Positions 15,175-29,554 of a DNA stretch of 64,000 nt are shown piece after piece. A program made the translations under genes and the position numbers. The DNA comes from the human T2T-CHM13v2.0 reference genome, Homo sapiens. Every line of letters starts with the position of its first letter. Positions within the stretch are counted from its first letter, which is position 1. Under the pieces are notes generated by a model, which was not told where the DNA came from, made no database searches, and saw only the letters and a program-made list of their open reading frames with translations. The DNA lies in assembly GCF_009914755.1 (NCBI RefSeq), contig NC_060936.1; one strand, 5' to 3'.

Positions 15175-16769
15175 TTTAATTTCAATGATAGTTTTCCTAG
15201 ATAACAAATTGTTGACAGAATAGAGTAAAGCAAGAATAATTACTACATTTGCAGGTGTTGGGTAAAAATTTTTTCAGATAAAAAAATTTTAAAAGAATAA
15301 TTACTACAATAATTAAATTGTTGGTGATCTTGGTTGAAAACTCTTCTGTTAGAGATGGCACCATCCCAGAAAGGTTAAATCATATGTTAAAGGTCAGTAT
15401 GTGACTTCTACCTGGCCCAAAGTACAATTCAAATTCAAAGAAAACAAGGGGGTAAATTAAAATTAAAAACACAGATAACTAAAAACATTTTAATCACAAT
15501 TATCAAGTGCAGTTGAAAAATTATAATTAGTGAGAGTAGACACTAAGCCCTGAAGAAACAAGTGGTGAGAAACTAAAGTGCTTGTTATGGAGCCATCAAT
15601 TTAGATTTCTTTTTGTCTATTAGTTTATGAAACTGGCTTTCATTTTTAATGCGTACTCCCATTTCCTATAATTCCTCCATTTTCAAATAGAATTTCAAAT
15701 TCAGAAACTCTAAATGTGACACCCAGCTTCACACTGGATTTGCTACTTTAATAATGTAAATTAGGTTTCTAGAAAATACAACAGAAAAAAAACAGAAAAC
15801 TTTTTAAAATATTTAAAAGGCACTTATAAACTCTAATTTATTGAACATCCTGAGGATGTTTATGTGCTAGGTATTATAACAGACAAAAGAATACCAAGAA
15901 AATTAAGACTGAGTCCCTGCCTTCCAGAGCTTATATTCAGTAAGAGAAGAAGGGAGAATTAAGCACAAGGTACAGTGTGGTAATAACTATGAGAACAGAG
16001 GGTATATTACATGAGTATAGCATAAAATAGTGATTAAAAATACATTAGTTGTCAAAATGATCTTGGTAAATTCAAAATGCCGAATCAAGCAAAATAATTT
16101 TATTCACTAAAGAAAATGTCTAGAAGAAAAATATATTTTACCCCAAATTCTATAATCTGTAACAGGATAGAAATCTAACTGCCAGTCAGTAAAGGTAATA
16201 AAATAACCATCAGCTAATAGCAGAGCCTAAAATAAAAATAAAAGAATACTAAGATAATTCCAGTATAGTGAGCTCTATTCAAACCATTAGTAGAAAACAA
16301 ATTATAGAATCTAATATGTTAGATTGTTTAATAAAGTGGAATACTGGGGGTTCTTGATAAATTGCTTAAAAGGTATAATAAAACAGAAAATTTAGTAAAC
16401 AAGAACTTTTTCCGTACTTTTGGTAGAATTCTGAGCTTATCTCATACCTGCTTTCTGGGTCTCAAAACTACATTTATCCAGGAGATCCACAAATCCAATC
16501 ATTTTCTCTGCATTTTACACTATCTCTAAAAGTGATTTACAAGTAAATTAAAGTGTTAATCAAATCAGGAAAATACTACAATTTCCAGACATTATTTAAT
16601 CAGGTATTGTCTTAGGCACTGCCGCAATGCTATCAAGCTGCTTCCAAATGTGAAGAGTAACTAAAGGGAAGATCCAGTCTTGTCCTGGGGACACTTATAA
16701 TATTTTTCTAACAATGAACATTAATTACAGAAGTAATTCAGAAGCAATGTATGGCAATATGGAGTTAGC

Positions 16770-17088
16770 ATAGATTATACATAATATTGGTGGCATCTTA
16801 AAAAGAAGAAGGCACAATTTTTGAAAACAAGCTTATTATAAAATATTATTTGTGAAGTCAAAGATCGAGGTTATATTTTCAGCTTTATAATTCTTTTGGG
16901 TGGCTCCAAGCAAGTTCTGTGTTCCCTCTTAGTCTCAATGTTTCAACTGTAAAGATGTATTTTTATTCACCCAATCTGTTTCACAGAATTTTTGTGAAGA
17001 TCAAATGATAAAGCATGTGAACTGAAAAATACTTTAAGAGTTTACGTGGGCATCTGTATCTTAGAAGCCTCAATTGGGGAATTATTGT
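16770..17088 (+). repeat. Copy 1 of a local ~320-bp duplication containing a MIR
   Basis: Colinear with 18373-18690, including the non-MIR flanks. Confidence 0.92.
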
Positions 17089-18372
17089 GAGTCAGAAAAA
17101 ATAGGAAAACTCGTAATAAAAAATAAACAAGGCATAGTCTATTTTATATAATTCATGTTTGGGAGCATCTCTTACTCAGAAACAACGTTCGATCCTTCAT
17201 GTTTTAGAACCTCTCATTTCCAGTGAATTCCAATTTTAACTCAGTCAGCACTGCATTTTACACATTTTGATGTCAGTGTGATATAATTAAACACTGGGAA
17301 AAAACCTACTCCGTAGTGAAAGATTTACTTACATCTCAATATTTTATCATAAAATTGTTAGATTTCCTTTGAATATTTTTACAGCATTCTGTTACTTCAT
17401 TTAAAAAATCTGTATTAAAAATTACCCAAGAGTGATTTGGGAGGGAAAAAAAATCTACTGTATCCTCACAAGCAGAAATAATGTCTTCCATTTTTCAATG
17501 TTCCCATCTAAATTTTTTTAAATTACACATTTTATTAATTATCATTATAATGTACAATTGGATGCACTGCATATTTAACTTACAATTTTTAAGGTTGCTA
17601 GTCGTTATACATTCAAATTTAGTGATAACAGAATTTTCCCTTTATCTAATACAGCATTATTTGCTTAACCATCTCTTTGTGGTTTGGTAATAAGATTGCT
17701 CAAAAATTTTCACTGTTACAAATCACTCTCATGCTAAAATATTTATTGTAAGTTTTTCCATTTCATTACCATATTTTTTTATTTATAAATTCGCTACTTG
17801 AGTTTCTAGAATTAGAGCACCTAAATATTTTATGGACTACCTAGAGCAATGTTACCATTGCCACTAGTCTAATATTGCACATTTTTTTGCAAAACCTCAT
17901 TAGTATTGGCTTTCATGATTTTAAAATTTTTGGTAGCTTATCAAGAATAAAATATATTGCCCTTTAAAAGAAGTTAAGGTTTTAGCTGAGAAATAAATTT
18001 TAATTGCAAAGCTTTAGAAGTATCTTTATCTCAATTTGAGCCCTCCATAAGATTCATTGAGCTTCTCAGAACAGTACCTTGATCATCTTTTGCAAAATCA
18101 AACCACAATGGGCAAAACTGAAGGCCAGAGAAAATCCTTAAAAGGACAGTTGGGTGCTTCCAAAACATGATAGCTGGCTGGCCTCTAGGTGGCTTCCCAA
18201 TGAAGCATAGCTGGTTAAATATACCAAATTTCGGGATCAAAACTTAACTACATTGCAGACTTAGAAAGCTGATATTTTCAGCCCATCACAAGTGAATCCA
18301 TTTCTCATAAGAAAACACACAGTACTTCTGGCTGTGAATCTGATGTATTATACTGAGTCCAATTTATATATT

Positions 18373-18690
18373 ATAGATTATAATATTGGTGGTGTTTTAA
18401 AAGGTAGAAAGCACAATTTTCAAAAACAAGCTTATTTTAAAATATTATTTTGCAGTCAAAGATCTGGGTTAGATTCCCGGATTTATAATTCTTTCTTGGT
18501 GGCTCCAAGCAAGTTCCATTTTCCCCTCTGACTCTCAATTTTTCAGCTGTAAAGAAGATGTATTTTCATTCACCCAATCTGTTCACAGAATTTTTGTGAG
18601 GATGAAATGATAAAGCATGTGAACTGAAAAGTACTTTAAGAGATTATGGGGGCATCTGTGTTTTAGAAGCCTCAAATGGGGAAGTATTGT
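18373..18690 (+). repeat. Copy 2 of the local ~320-bp duplication
   Basis: Shared blocks such as aaacaagcttatt, ggtggctccaagcaagttc, aaatgataaagcatgtgaactgaaaa, ttagaagcctcaa. Confidence 0.92.
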
Positions 18691-19279
18691 AATTTACCAT
18701 CAGCAATACGGCAGTCATTCAGACTGGAATTGTCTTGTGGACAGGTCTAGGACAACCTCTCCTCACCAGTAGACTTAGCTGGAGACTCATACTATAACCA
18801 AATGTTTGCTTGGCATATTCTGGTGTATAAGAAGACAAATACTATCATTTAAATATTTAATGGCAAGAGGCTATTATAACAAGAATAATTTATGTTTACA
18901 TTTGAGATAGTCTTATAATTTCCCAAACTATATCTCAATGGTCTCATGAAGGAAAATCATGTTATATAAAACATAATATGTACTCAAATTCTATAAATTT
19001 TTCTCACTGCAAGACTTCTCCCAGATTTTAATATGCCAGTGTTCATTATTGATGTCTAAGAGGAAAGTCTCCTAAGTCCCATTTCCTAAATAGAATTTTT
19101 GGAGAAATAGGCAGAACATCTATTAATATCTCTCAGAAATAGAGAACCAGGTTTGGATTATGGAATTATAATACTTAAAAGACTCCAGTTTTTTCTCCCA
19201 AGATAGATGTGTGGACATCTCTACTTTGACACACCCAACATCTATAGGAAGAGAAAAACAGGACAATTAGAGTCACTGA

Positions 19280-19902
19280 TGAAACAGCTACGTTATCTGG
19301 GGTATGTGCCCTGGTGTTTGTTGTCGCGTGCCAGAGACATTTAGGACACAGACACACACCAAGAGTTTAGGAGTGGAGGTTTAATCTGCAGAAGAGAAAA
19401 GAAAGAGAAAGAGAAACAGCTGTCTCTATAGAGAGAGGTGTTTCCTAGCGAAGTGACCCACTGGTGGCCAATGCATAGGATTTTATGGTCTGAGGTTTGA
19501 GGAGGTGGTGTCTGATTTACATAGGGCTCACAGATTTGTTCCATCAGGTATGACGTTTACATAGGGCAGGCAAGGGGAAGGCTGGTCACTCCACCCTAAT
19601 CTTATAATGCAAATGGACTTTCCAGTTGATCAGCACCATCTTGTCTGCTTCTTATTGTACATATGCCTGACAAAAGGAAGGGAAGATGGAGCCGCCATCT
19701 TGAACATGTCTAGTCCTTAGTTCCTGCCACATTCACACGTGCAAGCTCCCAGCTTGCTTCTCTGTGTCTGCCCCTCAACTTTACAGGCTGCTCTTTGTTA
19801 GAAAATGATTTGGGACTGCTTTTCATTAAAAAGGAAAGCCTTACCGAGGACTCCCATACCCTTACTATCTGCCTAAGTTATTTATTCTTAACTCCTGTAC
19901 CA
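19280..19902 (-). mobile_element. ERV1 solo LTR (LTR9-like)
   Basis: TG...CA termini with 4-bp TSD CTGA (19276-19279, 19903-19906). The minus strand begins tggtacaggagttaagaataaataacttaggcagatagtaagggtatgggagtcctcggtaagg. Confidence 0.85.
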
Positions 19903-20029
19903 CTGAGAATCAAATTATTGAGAATTGTTGAGAAGCAGAAACTAACTACCTGGATTGTAAACCAAGGAAATGGTACCTGAAAACTGCCAATGGTACCTGA
20001 GAATGGAGCTGACACAGAGAAAAGCACAG
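19903..20029 (+). other. PIK3C2G: Candidate TE-derived alternative 5' exon (start unknown)
   Basis: Donor CAG|gtgaga at 20029/20030 inside an MLT1-like relic, directly beside a solo LTR. Confidence 0.35.
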
Positions 20030-20195
20030 GTGAGACAGGGAGAAAGAAAAACCAATTTCTGGTGATGGTATTAAATTCTGAGCTCAAGCAGTGTCTCAAG
20101 TCAACTGTACCCTTGAATTTTAAATTTCTATAAACCTAGAAATTTGTAAATTCTCTCCCTCTCTTCTCCTTAAACCAATTTGCAACTAAAATATG
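19907..20195 (+). mobile_element. MLT1-like MaLR LTR 3' fragment
   Basis: gagctgacacagagaaaagc...cttaaaccaatttgcaactaaaa resembles old MLT1 3' ends. Confidence 0.6.
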
Positions 20196-20237
20196 TTTTA
20201 CCTATTAACATGGGCAGTATTTGGATAGAATTCTTCC

Positions 20238-20541
20238 GGGCGGGCGCGGTGGCTCACGCCTGTAATCCCAGCACTTTGGGAGGCCGAGGCGGGCAGATCA
20301 CGAGGTCAGGAGATCGAGACCATCCTAGCTAACACGGTGAAACCCCGTCTCTACTAAAAAAAATACAAAAAATTAGCCGGCGAGGTGGCGGGCGCTGTAG
20401 TCCCAGCTACTAGGGAGGCTGACGCAGGAGAATGGTGTGAACCCGGGGCGGAGCCTGCAGTGAGCCGAGATCGCGCCACTGCACTCCAGCCTGGGTGACA
20501 GAGCGAGACTCCATCTCAAACAAAACAACAACAACAACAAC
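20238..20541 (+). mobile_element. AluY (Ye-like) with (CAA)n tail
   Basis: gagatcgagaccatcc, gcgaggtggcgggcg, gcggagcctgcag; TSD aattcttc. Confidence 0.93.
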
Positions 20542-22426
20542 AATTCTTCAACTTCGTGGCTGATTTTTATACGTTTCTATTACTAACCAATGCTCCTTAA
20601 GATCATCATATTTCTTATGTATGTAAAGTCATTTATATATGAACAACACTTTTGGGTATGCCATGCTCTTGTCTTATATGTCTTTGGGGCGATTTATTTT
20701 CTCTCTGAGTGTTTTTAAATGTATTACTCAACATAAATGTGTTTTATTGGCAACACATAATACACATAAATGTGTTTTATTTGTAGGTTGTTTTACCCTC
20801 TGTACTACTTCCAGGCATGATAATGAATTAAATGAAAAGTTTCCAAACATCTCCATTTATGCATATTTCTCTGACCCAGTAAGGTGCTTTTTTTTGTTAT
20901 TAGGACTCTAGCGCATATTCTCTTTATCCTAAACACATAAAACAGTATCTGGCACCTAATAGGCTTGAAAGTTGTTGGATTTCTTCTTAGACAATATCAT
21001 CAATCTGTTATTTTTCTCTTCCTATGGCATTTGCTCTTTTTGGACTGTACGCTGTGCTAGAATATCTGTTATACTTCATTCCCTGCCACCACCCTTACTC
21101 AAGAAAAGATGTTTCTAAGGTGACTGATATTTTAAGAAATAAAGTTAATAGAACTGTTAGTGACTAGGATAGCATTATGTTTTTGACCTTTCAAAGGTAT
21201 TTACTGTTGAATAAAAATGATTACTTTCAGAAGAATGAATATCTAATGGTGGAATTTAATTGAAGATAGTTTGATACTATAAACTCTATTTCCAACATAA
21301 ATTATATTGATAAAGTAACTACGTTTTCACTTTTTCTTTAAAATTGGTATTACTTGCTTCTCTTTCTCCCTGACTTCCACTACAAGTATTTTCCTTTTCA
21401 TCCTACTCATGGTCCTCCTAGGCCCTGGTTAATCCATAAACCATGTTTCATAAATTAAATTGAATAGCACTTTAAAGCAAAGTATTGTATAAACAGCTTC
21501 CTGGCTAAGTAAGAAATAGAGCCAAGATCAATTAGTAATATCTATCATGGGCAGGAGCGACTGTTCACTACTAAATAAATTTGCTTCTCCAGATTTAGCC
21601 AAACAGTTGTATGATACCATTAATATTATTTGAACAGTATATATCTACATAGTCATTTAGCAACCAGGATTATAAATTAAACAGAAATTAGAAATTGAAA
21701 ATCTTCTGCTTTTTTCATTAAAAAAGTGAAAACTCAGAAATATCTTATATTTCACAAAGCTAAAATTTCAGAAATAAAACTGTCCTTTTTAAACTTTTCT
21801 TTACAAACCCATCTTAACTCGAATAAGCTTCCAACTAATAAATACTAATAGTTCCTTTTTAAAAAAAAAAAGCCTTTTAATAATATCACAGTGAAAATAA
21901 TATTTCCTTGAAGGAGGTAAATGGGGGATGCCCTGTACACAGATCTTAACTCTAACTAATTGTAAGTTTAGCTCACTCAATGTAACCAGAATTAGTCAGA
22001 AAAATCTGATTTTCTCCTGTCTCAAGCAAACAAAATGTTAAGTTCACTAGTTTAGAAAATATCGACTGGAACTGCTAACAATTAGCTTGTTCTTATTATG
22101 GTGAAAGTAGATTTATACATTTTATGTACTATATCTAGGTAATATAAAATGGCACATATTATGGAAGCAGGACAATTTTATTATTTAATTGTACCAACAG
22201 AAAAAAAAGTGAAATTGACAGAATTTTATTCCCAGTATAGCGGTCGAAAAACATTTTGTTATTATGAATTTGCCATACATTATTGTCCTTTTTCATACTC
22301 CCAAAGGGAAAAAACATATTTGATTGAAAAATAATATATAGTTCTCATAAGGCATGATTTTTCTCATGTCCTAGTTCTTTTAGCCACAATCACGAGGAGC
22401 TTCTTGACATTTAGAGAAGCATTTCA

Positions 22427-22445
22427 TTTCCAGAAGGTGGCGCTG
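22427..22445 (+). promoter_or_regulatory. Candidate CTCF site
   Basis: ttcCAGAAGGTGGCGCtg closely fits the CTCF core CCASYAGRKGGCRS (one mismatch). It retains a CpG in AT-rich unique DNA. Confidence 0.55.
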
Positions 22446-24322
22446 TAGAATAGTTAAAAACGCAGGTTTGCTTTCCCTCAGAAACAAAGCAGATATTCCC
22501 TTCATTAACATCCAAGTTAACTGCAATTCTAAGAGTATTCAAATTAAATAAATGCCCTACTGCCCTTTCCTTGCTAACATTTTAAAATCACCATTTTCCT
22601 ATGTCTGTGACCTAATTGTCTAGGCAAACTAGCAGTACAACAATTTAGAAAGTGCAATATTAAAAACAAAATAAGCAAAAATATTAAGGGATATGTTAGA
22701 AAAGTAGGCCAGGCTTACATGAGAAATACCAACTTCTGCTTTAACATTTAATAAAATTTATCTATAAATGCATTTGAATAGCATTTCATGCCATATAATT
22801 GTATTATACTCAAAATATACGTAAAATCAGAGAATTCATGTGCAAAATCAGATAATTAACTATAGAAATTCATGGATCTTCTAGTGATTATTTAAAATAT
22901 TTCTGGCATTATTAAAACCTGAGGATTTAATAAGTGTATGGGGAAATTGAAGAAAGAGCAAAGAAATCAGAAAAGAGAGTAGAATTCCTTAATTCTTGAA
23001 TTTTCTAGAGTTTTTAGAAATCTTTGCCTAGTAAAACATATGTAGCATTATATGTAATAAATTTCGACTACAGTAAATTGATCTGTTTTCTATGCAAAGA
23101 CAGATGGAGAACATCTGTGATGTTGCCTGAGATTGTGAGTATTTATAGCACATTATTTATGTAAGCAACAAGAACCTATTCAGTGGTCAAATGAAAACTG
23201 TTATATTTAGAATGGAAAAGTCCACTTAAAACTGTCAACTTACAGTTTTTGGAAGAATTGGAAATTTTAGTCATAGTCATTTATATACTGGGAGCTTTTT
23301 TTTGTCTATTTGAGCCTTGTTGTTTACTATCTGTTATATCACACAAACTACAAATGCATCTCTAGTAAAACTCTAAGCATGTGATAACAGTAGACAATGA
23401 CTAGAAATATATTTGAAATTCATCATGTGCAATGTATTTAGTGTAGCCTATAGTATCACAAATACATCAATGTGTCCCACTCTTACTTTTATGAAATTAT
23501 CTTCACAATGCACCATGGTTTAAAATATCTGTTGAAATGGAAGGCATAGATCCATCACTTAAAATTTGAAGAGTCATACTATTATACTTAATCTGTTTTT
23601 CTTGAAATACGTAGCACAAATATTTGGATTCTTAAAAATTAATAATAACCATAGCTTGATTTTTGTTAAATTAAGGCTTTTCTATCATCTCAATTTACAA
23701 TGTATTATAGAAATATGCATACCACAGTCATTTTCAGGATTTGGGAGGATGTCTGCAAATTAAGCTAGTAATTTATCTTAAGAAGAAAGGAATGAAGATA
23801 CCAAAATTACACGTGACACTTTGTAATATTCATGTTTCTACTAACACACCATCTCTGAATGCAATAGACTCTACTCAAGTATTTTTAAATGTGTAAATGA
23901 CACTTATTCTGTAAATACTTAAATTAGTTTTTTCCAGAAAAGACATATTCAGAAAAGGAACATTCAGTTAAAAAACTACAGGACATAAATTTTTCAAATA
24001 TTCATGTTAGAAATTAAGCAGATCAAATATTCCGAGTCATATCAATATTTTTACTTCTCAGGCAAATATAGAAAAAGGTTATTACAATTCTCTGAGTATA
24101 ACAACTTATGTACAGGATATAACCGAAACTATAGAACTAATACGGTGCAAATCCTTGACACAATTTTGCTCAGTGAGCAAGGTTAGTCTCTCACCCTGCT
24201 GTAATCAAGCCCAATATTATCAAATTGACGCAACAGTATATTCTCTGTCAGACAAATTACTCTTCACCCAAGACCGCATAATCCAACAAATCTATAAAGA
24301 TGGAAATAATATATGACAATAA

Positions 24323-24848
24323 TGTGGAGGAGAAAAACTAATATCTTTTCCTCACCTATCACAAGGCTCATAGCTAAGTCACCTGTAATAAAAGATTAAC
24401 AAAACGCATATAAATGTATTGAATAAAAGTTTTGTGTGGTGTTGGAGCCTTCAGAAATGAAAACCCAAAGAAATAGACACTTGTATATTTTTATGCTAAA
24501 TTCAATGAAGAAGTGGCTAGTCGTGCAGGAATGTAGTTGAAGGACAAAAGGATATGTATAATCTAATGGTAATAAACTTGGGGGAACCAGCAAGGCCTGT
24601 TTGTTCAAATTCGACTCTGTGTCCCTGTGTCTTCAGAAACATATACATTTCTTTTCTCTATGTATGAGGAGGGTACCTCTCCAAAGAAAAGTCTTATGAC
24701 CTAGTTTGGAAGGAAGGCAGAGAATTCTTTTACAACCTGCTTCAGGGGAGAAGGGCAGGAGAAGATCAGAGAGTAAGTTTCCTGTTTCTGCTCTTTCCTT
24801 AAATGCCAAAATGCCATATTTTGGGGTAGCATGCCCTGAAGTCCATTA
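24323..24848 (-). mobile_element. ERV1 LTR (MER39/MER34-like)
   Basis: The minus strand starts ...ttcagggcatgctaccccaaaatatggcattttggcattt, typical of this group. Confidence 0.72.
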
Positions 24849-24859
24849 ATATAAATTTG

Positions 24860-25048
24860 GACAGTGACTGTCTCTGGGAGGAAAGGTAGCACTTGTTTTG
24901 GAAGACGTATGGGGAAACTTTCCCTGAGATGATGGAAATGTTCCATATCCTGACAAGATGAGACAGGTCTATGCACTTTTCAAAACTCATCAAGCTGTGC
25001 TCTTAGATCTATGCGTCTCACTGTGTATAAATTATATCTCAAGAAAAA
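24860..25048 (+). mobile_element. L1MC/L1ME 3' terminal fragment
   Basis: gatgatggaaatgttccatatc...aaaactcatcaa...tgtataaattatatctcaa. Confidence 0.72.
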
Positions 25049-26488
25049 TGATCATATTCAAAGAATAGATTTTTTAAAGAGAACATTTTTAAAAGCTGTG
25101 CTACAAAATGTTATGGGAAAGAAGGAAAATTTATCTCCTTGTTGCATCAGCTTTGTCTCCAGTTGGCAAGAAAATGAATAAAGAAATAAATAAGTCGATA
25201 AATTAAACTTATTTGTAACACATATAGTCACGGTAGAAGTAATACAAAACAGATGTGGAAACACAAAAGGCACAGAAGCAGGATCAAGACCTATAGACAG
25301 TTGTTAAAAAAAATTGGTGCTTATTATAATCAAGAAGCAAAGGTATGTGAATAAAACACCGATTCCATATTATAGTAGGAGAGTAAAACGTGTGTGTGTA
25401 TATGTATATATATGCACAGATATTATCATACGAGTCAGAAAGATATAAATACCTCAAGATTTGTTTAGATAAAGACCAATGCAATTTCAGAAGTACAGGA
25501 GAAGCTATTAAAAAGGTCTTATCTAAATAACTGAAACCTTAAAAGGTAAAAATAGGCATAAAGGAAACCAGCACAGTGACCGCCACACTCTGGAGTTGTA
25601 GCGCAATGAAACTCTTGAAGGACTATAACTATTTATGTGTTTCCCAAATGTCCACAAAGTAATTCCAGCTTGATCATCACTATCTCTTATGTTCTATATT
25701 CTAATTATCTGGCCATTATAGTAACACACAATGATTAGTGATAAAACTAGCCAATAACCCATCTGGTGGCTTCAATTATTTTTTTTTTTTTTCATTTTAA
25801 GACAGCAATTAGCCAAACCTTATCTTCTGCATCTCATTCCTCAGATTGCATGTTTCAGTTTTTCTCTCACTCCAGCAACCCTAGAAGCCATAAAGCAGTG
25901 AGCATTTTCTGAGGCTGCTCCAAAGAGACAAACCTGAGTAAGAAAAAAAAAATGCATCCTAAGAGCCTAGTGCTTAAAGTGGAGAAACATGAGCAGTTTA
26001 CTTTAATCAACAGATTTGAGAATAGAAGAATATATATTTTTCTTATTTTATTTTTAAAGAGTTAGAGGAATTTAAAACCAACCCTCTATTTTTGTGTACT
26101 TTGTATTAGTTGTTGAATATTAACTTTACACTCACTTAATGATCTAAGGTAGACTGCTTTCCATTCTTACTGTTTTGTTTTTCTTTTCAGAATGGAACCC
26201 TAGACTTTATGAAATCACATTTCCAGAGGTCCATCTATGACCACTGTTTCTTGGCTCTTTACCAAACCATGTGGAGAGCTGTAGGAATCTCGAAGATGTG
26301 AATCTGTTTATTTAAATTAATCTAATGATTAGTAGCATTAATATTCAATAGATGACTTGTTTATTTTCATATTCTCTGGGGAAAGTTATTTATAAACATA
26401 TATATTTTATTATAATTTTTTAATATCAAGTTTTTGTAATATTTGTAATATTCTCATTTTGGACCTGCACCTAAAAATAGTCAGTTTG

Positions 26489-26800
<312 letters not shown>

Positions 26801-26853
26801 TTCTTAATTTAAAAAATTTAAATTTTCACTTAAAAATTTAAAAAAAGAAAGAG

Positions 26854-27236
<383 letters not shown>

Positions 27237-27314
27237 CTATTCTGATTCTATTTTCTATAAGTAACTTTTTAAGAACAATAATTACTTGAATTTATGGCTA
27301 CTGTAGGAGTTAAT

Positions 27315-27720
27315 ACAGTTTTGATCTAATTCTATAACAAAAGTACCCAAAATGCAGCCCTGTAAACAAGACAAAATTTCTCTCACTTGTGTTTTTACTT
27401 TCTTTCTTTTATATCTAAGATGACAGTGAGAACCTATAATACAGCTTTGCCATGTTCAGCGCAAGGTTTCCTCACTATCTCCCAACTGGTTGATGGTGTG
27501 TGTGTTGAGCGCGAGGGAGCAGACAGGAGAGCTCACAGATAATCCTTTTAAGAACACAACTAGAATAATCAGGCATCGTTCCTCTCCATATTTCATTGAC
27601 TGCAACCAGTAAGGTGCCCACATCTAGTTGAAAGAAAGGCTTGAAAAAATGGTCTTTGGCTAGTTAGCCATCATCAGGAAAGAAGACGGTAAAGAATACT
27701 GGGGAACAACTTGCAGTCAA
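27315..27720 (-). mobile_element. Old MLT1 MaLR LTR
   Basis: ataacaaaagtacccaaaa...cattgactgcaaccagt...catctagttgaaagaaaggct motif order. Confidence 0.55.
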
Positions 27721-29554
27721 TTACCCAAATATCCAGGTATACAAGAAGAGGAAAAGCACAGCTGTCATTTTTCAAGGCAATGATCAAATACCACTGGACA
27801 AGATTTTTGACCTCTTCTGCTATGGCAGTGAAATAATTTCCATGATTATCGAGGAAGAATTATGTTATCTTGGAGGAATTTATTGTCCCTTATTATGGTT
27901 CCTATTTTCATTTCTCTATGAGATTATTTGTCCATTACTGCTATAGTAACCAAAACATTGTTTTGGTGTAATGTAAGTATTCAATAAATGAATTATCTAT
28001 TCTAAATATGTATCCATTTTATTCTCAGAAGTATTTAATTACCCTGTAATTATTTTGTAAGAAAGAATTAGAAAATATTCTCTCTTTGGAGCTGCGCATA
28101 TTTTGTGATGTATATGCTGCAAAACCAGTAGTGGGGCATGGGAGATACTTTAAGTCAAACACAGATTGGCTTCTGCAGGTCAATGCAATTCTCTGAAAAC
28201 CTTAGTCTGCTTTTGATCTAGTTGCTTCCAGTCAGATCCATGGGCAAATTATCATACCCAAAGACCTAACCCAGGCAGTGTTGCTATGCACGCAGACTAT
28301 CTTCTTTTATTTATTGGTTTCTTTGCTTAGCACATTCTGCTCTCCTTCGGTTTATGGGTGTCTACTTTGAAGCTACCTGAAAATATTAGTTTAGGCAGGA
28401 AAGCATCACTCTCAGCCTAACCTTCGAAACTATAAAGAACTTCAATTAACTGAGAGGTTTTAATGTGGGCACTTGAAAAAGTCAGAGGCCTATTTACTGC
28501 CGGCCCTCCTTTTTTAGAGTCACCTCTAGCCCGAGTACGTATTGTCACAGAACTTTGCACAAGAATCTTCCTCAGCAGTTCACAGAGGTTACGTGTTCTT
28601 CTGGCAAGTAATCTCCCTTTTTAAGGATTGCAAATGACAGTTTTATGAAATGCTTTATCATAAAGTAATGAGAATTACTAACTTTCTAGCCTGCAATATC
28701 TGTGTTCTCTCCCACTCTCAATCCTTAGACCAAAGCTTCATTTTTTTTATTATGCTAGAGTACACTTCTAGTAACCAAGTCATGTTTCATTTAAGATTAG
28801 ATGTCATTAAAACATAGAAAGAGACCCTAAAACACAGCATTTTATACTAGATAAAAATTTATGTCTCACTAAATATCAAGTGGTAGGTTGCTTGTTGTTG
28901 GCAGGATAACTCTTCCGTTCTCAATATGTCACTTCTGTCTCTGGATTCAGGGAAACATCTTTTGCCATGCATGACACAACTATCAGAAAGAGGGAAAGGT
29001 TCCAGAATATTGCATGCTTTAATCTTTAAGGACAAAGCCTTAAGTACCAAATATGTTCTGTTTAAATTCCATGGTCTAGAGCTTAGACACATGGTCCTAC
29101 CTCTCAAAAGGGAGGTTGAAAAAGGAAGTCTTAAGTTGGATGGGCATGTGACCAGTTGAAACTCTATTGTGGAAACAGGTTAAGAAAAGATACGGGGTGA
29201 CAATTCTCGGTTTGATGCAATACTGTTATTCAGAAACAAATCTAAATATTTAAAGCAGGAAAGATTCATTTAACACAGAGAATAAACTACTTTTTGCAAT
29301 AATGATAGGAAGAGCCACAGTTGTGGGCTCTAGGCTGGAACACAGCACAGGAGAACTGACACACCCAGGGACTGAGATCACCACTGGGACTATTGCAGAT
29401 GAACAATCCACTATAAAAGCAATCTCAGAATTAGAAAGCTGGGAATCAGCTATCACCACTACTTTTGCCACAGCTGCTTCTCAACACCAAGGGAAGTGAA
29501 GAATAGATACTGCAGTATTGCTTTGAAAAACAAGATCTTCCTTGCCAGTGCACG

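Noticed and set aside
26160-26320. Strong-looking acceptor ttttcttttcag|aatgg at 26190
   Set aside because: No convincing downstream donor or reading frame; such tracts are common in AT-rich DNA.
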